From contig JAVERC010000012.1 of the NCBI GenBank assembly GCA_034007295.1, positions 5,329-69,328 of the forward strand: a DNA stretch of 64,000 nt, given 5' to 3'. Under the pieces are notes generated by a model. That model was not told where the DNA came from and did not search any database. It was given only the letters and a program-made list of their open reading frames with translations. Origin of the DNA: Desulforegulaceae bacterium (lineage in GTDB: Bacteria; Desulfobacterota; Desulfobacteria; Desulfobacterales; JACKCP01). The position numbers and the translations under genes are program-made. Positions 57,309-64,000 of this stretch are shown here, one piece after another (the stretch's first letter is position 1; each line of letters begins with the position of its first letter).

Positions 57309-58679
57309 CTAATTATTTTCCATAAAATCCTCTAAATAAAGTAAAGCCAAATCTCTGTTTTCATTTTCAGGCATGGATTCAATTTTTTTTCTTAATTCAT
57401 GCAAATCTGGCAGCCACCTATTATTATCAAGGTTTTCTGCAATATCTGCAATATTGTCATTTTTCAGACCAAATTCATCCCAGGTCCACAATAGAGTGCT
57501 TAAAAAAGGATTATCTGAAATTTCTTCATTTTTTAAAGAAAATTTGCTCTTTGCAAAATCAAGGATTTTAATGCGGTCTTCTAAACAAAAAGCATTTTCT
57601 TTTTTAAAATTTTTTAAATCATTTTTTAAACTTTTATAAATTTTGTTTAAAGTGTTTAAATCATTAATTTTACCTGAGTCAATTTCTAAAAGAACAAGTC
57701 TTAAAGGACTTAATTTTTGATATATTTTTTTAAGTCTTAAATCCAGGGGTTTTGATTCGGCAGCTTTTGCAAAAAACTTTTTTAAAGATCCTGTATTTTT
57801 TTCTTCATCATATAAAGAACAAAGTTTTTCAATATCAGCTGATAAAATTTCATTTCCCTTTTCATCCTCTGTTTTCAATATTTCAAAACGTCCATAACCA
57901 GCAGTTTTTTTGCCGCCGATTCCCTCATCCAAAAAAGCTTTTGCTAAAACTGATTTTATAAATTCCAGCTCTTTTTTATCTCCTTGAAGTGCTGCAAAAA
58001 ATTTAAGCTCCGGCCTTAATACAGAAAGTTTTACAGGAATTGGTTCTTCTGTGCCGTCAGGCATTCTTTCTTTTCTAAAATATTTTAAATTATGAGCATT
58101 AATAATATCAGGAACAAAAATTTTACCTGTAATGGGATAAATCCAGGCATCATGAAAAATTACTGAACCAATATAAGAAAACTTGTCTTTTGAATCTTGT
58201 ATTTCACCTCCAAAAAGCTGAACCTGATTTTCACTTTTTTTACCGTTTTTAATATTTTTTGCCCATTCATTTCCACCAAATCTTGCAAGATATGAAGATA
58301 CAAATCCTTTTAATACAGTTCCTGAAATATATGGCAGCCCCCAGATTTTATTGAGGCTCAAGCCAAATTCGTGAACAGAGGCATTACCTGTTCCAAGAAA
58401 TAATTTTGTTAAATTCACTATATCAAAGCACAAAGAATTATTTTGGTTTTCAATAACTTTTTTCCAGTTTTCAAAGGCATATTTATAGCATTCAAAATTT
58501 GATTGGCTTATTTCAAATGCAGACAGCATTCCAAGAAGTTTGTCTTTTTGTTCATGGGAATTTTCATTGTCAGAAAAATCAATTTCAGGGTTAAATTTAT
58601 CCATTCTCAAACTTAAATTATCCCCGTAATCATTTGCATCTGAAACTAACTGATTGTGGACTTTTCTTATTGCAGACAT
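57309..58679 (-). CDS. cmr6: Type III-B RAMP protein Cmr6 with ~190-aa C-terminal extension
   Basis: 456 aa. LFLGTGNASVHEFGLSLNKIWGLPYISGTVLKG and the G-rich loop GIGGKKTAGYGRFE (aa 253-266) are Cmr6/RAMP features. The remaining ~190 aa are K/E/L-rich and unassigned. Confidence 0.8.
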   Translation of the reverse strand: MSAIRKVHNQLVSDANDYGDNLSLRMDKFNPEIDFSDNENSHEQKDKLLGMLSAFEISQSNFECYKYAFENWKKVIENQNNSLCFDIVNLTKLFLGTGNASVHEFGLSLNKIWGLPYISGTVLKGFVSSYLARFGGNEWAKNIKNGKKSENQVQLFGGEIQDSKDKFSYIGSVIFHDAWIYPITGKIFVPDIINAHNLKYFRKERMPDGTEEPIPVKLSVLRPELKFFAALQGDKKELEFIKSVLAKAFLDEGIGGKKTAGYGRFEILKTEDEKGNEILSADIEKLCSLYDEEKNTGSLKKFFAKAAESKPLDLRLKKIYQKLSPLRLVLLEIDSGKINDLNTLNKIYKSLKNDLKNFKKENAFCLEDRIKILDFAKSKFSLKNEEISDNPFLSTLLWTWDEFGLKNDNIADIAENLDNNRWLPDLHELRKKIESMPENENRDLALLYLEDFMENN

Positions 58680-58691
58680 TTATTGCTCCTT

Positions 58692-59084
58692 TTATGCGTT
58701 TCCCTGAATAAGAATATCACTTATTCTCTTATGCCATTGAAGAAATTTTAAAGTTTCAGCAGTTGTCATCATATATTCGGGAAGCTCAAGCCCCTGAACT
58801 TTTGAAAGAAAAACATTTTTATTCCCAGAATCAAGTATGGACTGCTCTTTCAATTCTTCTCTTATCTGTTCCAAAAGAAACAAATGGTGCTTTTCCTCCT
58901 GTTTGCTTCCCTTTGCTGCAAGAAATGTCAAAAACTGAATAAGTCCAAAAGTTCTTAAAAGACCGCCTGCCCTTTTGCATAAGGATTTGTACTTTTTAAG
59001 CAAGGCATCATCATTTTCATTATTTATAAGTTGGTTTACTTTATTAAAGACTATTTCAGAATATATCTGGCTTTTGCTTTTCAT
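58692..59084 (-). CDS. cmr5: Type III-B small subunit Cmr5
   Basis: 130 aa, helical. KKYKSLCKRAGGLLRTFGLIQFLTFLAAKG fits the Cmr5 pattern. Position between cmr4 and cmr6. Confidence 0.7.
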   Translation of the reverse strand: MKSKSQIYSEIVFNKVNQLINNENDDALLKKYKSLCKRAGGLLRTFGLIQFLTFLAAKGSKQEEKHHLFLLEQIREELKEQSILDSGNKNVFLSKVQGLELPEYMMTTAETLKFLQWHKRISDILIQGNA

Positions 59085-59136
59085 AATTTTTCCTCCGGAT
59101 TAAATAAAAGCAGTATAAATTTTTCTTTATCAATAA

Positions 59137-60033
59137 TTATTTCAAATTATTAAATTTAAGAGATACAAAGCCCTTTCCTGTAGTAGCCTTCCCTCCAACC
59201 TGGATATCAATTGACTGTGATTTTGTGAAAAAATTTTTAAGTTCCTCATCGCTGTAATAAGCTTCTTTGCAATAGGATCTGTCTATTCCGGCAACTCCGG
59301 CAAAAAGAGTTTCAGGCGGAACAGTTTCCTCATACCACAATGCACCTTCTTTAACTGTTCCTGTTTCATCGTCTATTGCAATTCTTGCATCAACAGGAAG
59401 GCATGTGGTACAGCAGAAATTAAGAGTATTGTCATCTACAATTGCAAATCTTTTTTTAAATATTTCCTGCCCTTCAATATCCTCAAAATAAAGAGGTGCT
59501 ATAACTTCAGCCCATTTATCTGCAAGGCTTGAGTCTTTATCAATAAGAAGATCCATTTCCTCAAACAAAACCATATTATGGTTTGTTCTTTTTAAAAGAG
59601 AATTTTTTGTAAGCATAACTTTATAATTATTTTTTTCAGTTAAACCAGAATCCGGAATTTGAGGATAATCATATTCAGATACTGCTCTTTTAAAAAGATT
59701 TTTTAACTGAAAAAGTGTATATGGTGAACAAAGATAAGCAAAAGTTCCAAAAAAAGACCTTACAGGAAGTGCAACAAGATTTGCGTCACCAATTGAAGCT
59801 GCAGAAGCAAAATCACCTGAATCATGGCCAAATAATGATTTTACTTTATCTTCTTCATCCTTTCTTTCACATAAAAAATAATCTTTTAAAACCCCCTTAA
59901 TTGTTGATGCAGGAATTATTGGATGACCTGAAACACTGTTTCTTGCAGTTGGTAAATCTATATCATTCAATCCCTGGCCTATTCCACAATGCACAGGCGA
60001 TAATGCTCTTATTGAAAAAAACTGATTTAACAT
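59137..60033 (-). CDS. cmr4: Type III-B backbone RAMP Cmr4
   Basis: RALSPVHCGIGQGLNDIDLPTARNSVSGHPIIPASTIKGVLKD contains the catalytic-Asp context, and there is a C-terminal G-rich loop QVGGKATTGKGFV. Start set to ATG 60033 behind an AGGAG RBS. Confidence 0.85.
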   Translation of the reverse strand: MLNQFFSIRALSPVHCGIGQGLNDIDLPTARNSVSGHPIIPASTIKGVLKDYFLCERKDEEDKVKSLFGHDSGDFASAASIGDANLVALPVRSFFGTFAYLCSPYTLFQLKNLFKRAVSEYDYPQIPDSGLTEKNNYKVMLTKNSLLKRTNHNMVLFEEMDLLIDKDSSLADKWAEVIAPLYFEDIEGQEIFKKRFAIVDDNTLNFCCTTCLPVDARIAIDDETGTVKEGALWYEETVPPETLFAGVAGIDRSYCKEAYYSDEELKNFFTKSQSIDIQVGGKATTGKGFVSLKFNNLK

Positions 60034-60047
60034 AACTTGACTCCTGT

Positions 60048-61217
60048 TTAATTTGTATTTTCTGTTTCGGCAATTCCTGCAATACACAGTCCAAAACCGT
60101 TGGTTTCAATATTTGTACTTAGGTTAAGACTATTTCCCCAAAAATATTTTGCTATTTCACATGAAAGACTCATGTCTTTTAATTCAAGAAGGTAAACAGT
60201 TCCGGGCTTTACAAGCTTTTTCATTGGCTTTGGCTTATTCTCCACATAATTCCAGCCGCTTATTCCTTCAAATCCATTTACACATGCTGAACAAAGTCTT
60301 ACTTCAAATTCAGTCCCCGGAATTTTTACAAAATTTAAACCATCAGAAGAAAAATCCGGCATAAGCCAGTCAGGACACCAGTCTCCAAAATCTCCGTGTG
60401 TTAAAAGGATTAATTTTAAATATTTTTGGTTTTTAAAAATATCAGGCATTTCTGGAAAATATTCGCCTGTTTTTTCAAGATTGACTCTTCTTCGTTCACC
60501 GCCTAAATAAGCTTCACCTGATAAATCAGTCATTTCAGTGCCAAGTGCTTCAAAATCAATTGAAATGTCTGTAATTTTATCCTTATTGATACTTTTAAAA
60601 TAAAAACCGCTGTTGGAAAAAAGCTTTTTTTCTTCTGTTATATAGGTTTCACTGTCAATTGCATTATGAACTCTGAAAGATTTAACAGGCGGATTTATTC
60701 CGGCATCATAAAAACTATATTCATCTAAAAGTTTTAAAGATAAATACTTCATGAAAAAGTCTGAATGAAGAAAAAAAGGACTTTCTTTTACAGGCTTGTC
60801 AGATATATCTACTGATGGAATAAGCCATTGACGGTTTTTTATATCAGTACCTGAATTATCATCAATTTTTTTATAAATTAATGTATGGACTTTCAATTTT
60901 TCATTTTTTAGATTTTGGGTAAAAACAAGATCAGCCGGCAAAGGAAAAAGAGGCTGCCATTTATTATTTATAAATTCTGAAGGAAGAATTTTTTTAATAC
61001 CTGTTTTTAAAATTTTATCCAGATTTTCCTGAAAATTTTTACTATTTTTATCAAAAAAATTTTCATTTTTTTTAAACCCTGAAATTGTCCTGACCATTCC
61101 TGCAATAGTTTGAGGATAAGGCCATAAAACAGAAGAACCACCAAAAACTCCGTCATCTCCAAAAGGCCTGCCGTCTCTTAAAATAAGCATATCTTCGGTT
61201 GAAATTTTATACTTCAT
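60048..61217 (-). CDS. cmr3: Type III-B Cmr3
   Basis: 389 aa. TEDMLILRDGRPFGDDG...WPYPQTIAGMVRT is a typical Cmr3 N-terminus. Overlaps the cas10 3' end by 11 nt. Confidence 0.8.
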   Translation of the reverse strand: MKYKISTEDMLILRDGRPFGDDGVFGGSSVLWPYPQTIAGMVRTISGFKKNENFFDKNSKNFQENLDKILKTGIKKILPSEFINNKWQPLFPLPADLVFTQNLKNEKLKVHTLIYKKIDDNSGTDIKNRQWLIPSVDISDKPVKESPFFLHSDFFMKYLSLKLLDEYSFYDAGINPPVKSFRVHNAIDSETYITEEKKLFSNSGFYFKSINKDKITDISIDFEALGTEMTDLSGEAYLGGERRRVNLEKTGEYFPEMPDIFKNQKYLKLILLTHGDFGDWCPDWLMPDFSSDGLNFVKIPGTEFEVRLCSACVNGFEGISGWNYVENKPKPMKKLVKPGTVYLLELKDMSLSCEIAKYFWGNSLNLSTNIETNGFGLCIAGIAETENTN

Positions 61218-62952
61218 TTTTTAGACCCTTTCCATTTGAAGATGTAATCTGATGTCCAATTACAAGTAAATCAGAAAGCTTTCTAATAGAATTATTTACT
61301 AAAAGAAGATTCTTAAAATCATTAGAATGTTTTTTCTGATTAAAAATTCTTAAAACTGAAACTGAACTTGCATTTAAAGGAACCAGCATTTCCTTATTTT
61401 CAGACAAATCAAATATAATTTCATCGCCTGATTCTTTTGCAGCGTTTCTCAATTGGTATCCAAGTGTATTTGGAAGTTTTTGTGATTTGAAAAAAGAAAC
61501 AATATTTTTAAGACTTGGAATAATGCCTTTTTCATTATTTTTTTCCCATTTGTCACATACAACAATTTTAGAACCGCTTCTTTTTTTCTGAATAATAGTA
61601 AATGCATTTTTTGATAATTTTGTTGAGCCGGATAATTTTTCAACATATTTTTTTGCTATGCCTTCACCCTCTCTTGCAAGATTTAATGCCTGATCAAGAG
61701 GCATTGAATGATGTACAATTGCAGCTCCGGCTGAAAACGTAGGATAATCGCCTTTAAGATTGAGTTCATCAAAAATTTTTTTCATTTTCCTGGAAAAATC
61801 TTTTCTTATTTCATCTGCACAATCATAAAAATTATCTATAGTCAAATATGCCATTACATCGTCACCGCCTGCATAAATAAGCGATCCTCCATAGCTTTCA
61901 ATAATCTTTCCAACACTTTTGGCGAATTCACCTAAATTTTTAGTAAATTTTCTATGGCCGTCCAAAGTCTCAATCTGATCAAGAGCTTTACCCATATTAT
62001 CGCCGTCGCCTACAAAAATGCAGGCATACTTATTTGGATCTCCAAACATAGCTTTAAATTTTGCATAATCTTTATAAGCGTTTTTATTTTTTAAAAGCTC
62101 GCTTTTATCTGTAAAAAAATATTCAGCATGATTTAAAACAAAATTTTTCCCATTGCCTGCTGACTTTTCAATATTAATTTCTGAAAAATTTGATAAAAAA
62201 TTATTCAGATATGTAAAATCCATTAAATCAAATTGTTTCAACCACGGCTTAATTGCAATTTTAGATAAATCATCAAAATTTTTATTATATTTTGAAACTG
62301 AATAAAATCTTTTTACAAGACCCAGGGTATCTAATTTTTCATTGGCTTTGATAATGCCTTTGATTTCCTTCTGGTTTTCCATTGTTACTGATTCACGCAG
62401 ACCATCAAGACTGTTTTTTGGAATCCCTTCGCCATTCCATTCAGGACGATAAAAAATTCTTAAATTTTTTCTTCCTGCAAGAAGTTTTTCCAATTTGTGC
62501 TTTGCAATTTTGTAGTCTTTTTCATCATCATATTTTGTCCAGGCAGCATAAAACTCGCCAGAATCATTTATCTGTTTTTTGAATAAATCCTTTCTTATTT
62601 GGATATGGCTGAATTCCTTTGATAAAATTTCTAAAGTTTTTTCAGCAAATTCATTTTTATGGTTCAGCCAATCTTTTTTTGCCTGTTCAATTATTTTATC
62701 AGGGTCAAGTCCATTTTTCAGTTCAGCAAAAATTTTGTTGGCAACTATTAAATCAGAGTCTTTTTCAAAATCCTTATCTGACTCTGCAAAAGGTATTATA
62801 AGTTCTGCACCCTGATCTTTAAATGATCTTGCAACTGTTTTTGAAAGTTCAGAAAGTAAATATGAACCAAACCAGAGATCCCTTAATTTCCTTGCTGATG
62901 CAATATAATCCTGAACAGGACCAATTGCAGCCTGAATAAGAATTTTTGACAT
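61207..62952 (-). CDS. cmr2: Cas10/Cmr2 lacking an HD nuclease domain; cyclase GGDD motif intact
   Basis: 581 aa. Begins directly with IGPVQDYIASARKLRDLWFGSYLLS, the post-HD Cmr2 block. FVGDGDNMG (aa 313-321) and YAGGDDVMAY (GGDD aa 362-365, nt 61858-61869). Confidence 0.9.
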   Translation of the reverse strand: MSKILIQAAIGPVQDYIASARKLRDLWFGSYLLSELSKTVARSFKDQGAELIIPFAESDKDFEKDSDLIVANKIFAELKNGLDPDKIIEQAKKDWLNHKNEFAEKTLEILSKEFSHIQIRKDLFKKQINDSGEFYAAWTKYDDEKDYKIAKHKLEKLLAGRKNLRIFYRPEWNGEGIPKNSLDGLRESVTMENQKEIKGIIKANEKLDTLGLVKRFYSVSKYNKNFDDLSKIAIKPWLKQFDLMDFTYLNNFLSNFSEINIEKSAGNGKNFVLNHAEYFFTDKSELLKNKNAYKDYAKFKAMFGDPNKYACIFVGDGDNMGKALDQIETLDGHRKFTKNLGEFAKSVGKIIESYGGSLIYAGGDDVMAYLTIDNFYDCADEIRKDFSRKMKKIFDELNLKGDYPTFSAGAAIVHHSMPLDQALNLAREGEGIAKKYVEKLSGSTKLSKNAFTIIQKKRSGSKIVVCDKWEKNNEKGIIPSLKNIVSFFKSQKLPNTLGYQLRNAAKESGDEIIFDLSENKEMLVPLNASSVSVLRIFNQKKHSNDFKNLLLVNNSIRKLSDLLVIGHQITSSNGKGLKNEV

Positions 62953-64000
62953 TAATCAGCCTCCTTTGGTTCAACTTTATTTAGGTTCAGATAAAAGGCA
63001 AGATCCTCATAAATAGATTTTCCATTTAAAGGCGATTTTTTTCTCATGGTTTTATTTTGATAATTTTCATGAAACGGCAGTTCTGTTTTTTTAAGGCTGT
63101 ATGCTTTATTATTATTAAATCCTGGAACTTTTAGCCTGATAGATTCAGGAAACTTTTGATTTAGCACAACTGCACATTTAAAAATTTTTTCATTGGGAAG
63201 CTTAATTACTTTTAAAATAACCGGAGAAGGAAATCTTTCACCTGTTCCAATATCAGTTGTAAGTGAGCATTCTTTTCCGCCTCCAGGATCTTTTTGGTCT
63301 TTAAATTTCATTAAAATTGGAAGACCAAAAGCTGTTCTTGGAAACCATGGATTTTTTTTATCAACCACATCCGGATGTTCAGGACTATGTTTTTCTTCTT
63401 TTTGCCCTGTTATTGTTCTAATACTGTCAGGTTCCGGCCAGTAAGATCTTCCCGGCATATTACTGTTTTGTTTTTTAGCTCTGTCCTGTCTGTAACTACC
63501 GTAAGATTCAAGCATTGATTTCCAAAGAATGTGAGGATCATCTCCATTTAATTCATTACAATAAAACTCAATCCCTTTAAGCCTTGGATAATCAATTTTC
63601 TTTTCTGTTCCAGATGAAATTTTTTGAACAAAATTTAAAATATCTGACTCAGTTTCAAAATCCTCTAATAATTCCCTGCAATATAAAGAGCCGGTTCCTC
63701 TTCTGGTTCTTGCACCAACACCCCCAAAAAGAGTAAATAATTTCAATGTGTTGATTATTTCTTTTTCATATTTTTCAGGGTATGATATTTTTAATTTAAA
63801 ATTCATTTTTGATATAAAATAAATTTCATCATTATCCTTGACTAGTTTTGTAACAGGAAAAAGAACACAAGCTGGAATAAGATCGTCATTTACAGAATAT
63901 TTATTTTTCATTTCTGCAAGTTTTTTTTCTTCAACATTTATATCTGATAAATATATTGAAACCTGCGATTTTCTTCCGTTTTTATATTTTTCTGTAACTC
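62952..64000 (-). CDS. cmr1: Type III-B RAMP Cmr1 (5' end beyond the window)
   Basis: G-rich loop FGGVGARTRRGTGS. The frame stays open upstream of the tracked ATG (63911) to the window edge (..VTEKYKNGRKSQVSIYLSDINVEEKKLAEMKNKY..), so the gene probably starts outside the window. Confidence 0.75.
   Translation of the reverse strand, partial: VTEKYKNGRKSQVSIYLSDINVEEKKLAEMKNKYSVNDDLIPACVLFPVTKLVKDNDEIYFISKMNFKLKISYPEKYEKEIINTLKLFTLFGGVGARTRRGTGSLYCRELLEDFETESDILNFVQKISSGTEKKIDYPRLKGIEFYCNELNGDDPHILWKSMLESYGSYRQDRAKKQNSNMPGRSYWPEPDSIRTITGQKEEKHSPEHPDVVDKKNPWFPRTAFGLPILMKFKDQKDPGGGKECSLTTDIGTGERFPSPVILKVIKLPNEKIFKCAVVLNQKFPESIRLKVPGFNNNKAYSLKKTELPFHENYQNKTMRKKSPLNGKSIYEDLAFYLNLNKVEPKEAD

Overview
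AT-rich chromosomal segment from a Gram-negative bacterium (T6SS, lipoproteins and a beta-barrel OMP are present). The window falls into five blocks. (1) 1-2.8 kb: a partial FmdB zinc-ribbon gene, a GspF/PilC-family gene and an MBL-fold hydrolase. (2) 3.0-30.1 kb: a complete, collinear type VI secretion cluster (tssJKLM-tagF-tssA-tssBC-hcp-tssEFG-clpV-orf-vgrG). It is followed by a vgrG-linked cargo operon (DUF2169/pentapeptide fusion, second pentapeptide protein, DUF3540-like, DUF3467-like, 132-aa DUF4150 PAAR-like cap, lipoprotein) with no recognisable toxin domain. (3) 30.1-39.9 kb: a STAS / anti-sigma kinase / PP2C partner-switching module, two paralogous membrane sensor domains (one fused to an MFS transporter), a periplasmic binding protein and an aminotransferase. 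(4) 40-48 kb: a patchwork in which leuA, an alpha/beta hydrolase, glpX and pepA are interspersed with two families of structured MITE-like repeats, a tRNA-like fragment, orphan ORFs and a frameshifted PD-(D/E)XK remnant. (5) 48-64 kb: a type III-B CRISPR-Cas defence island. It contains a CARF-adenosine deaminase fusion (Cad1-like) translationally coupled to a Nudix hydrolase. It also contains decayed mazEF and parE modules, a TPR protein, a CRISPR-associated primase-polymerase-like AEP protein, cas1-cas2 and an intervening OMP gene. On the minus strand lies cmr6-cmr5-cmr4-cmr3-cas10(HD-less, GGDD intact)-cmr1 (partial). I found no CRISPR array, cas6, rRNA or foldable tRNA in the window. All family calls come from motif recognition by eye and gene context; no searches were run.
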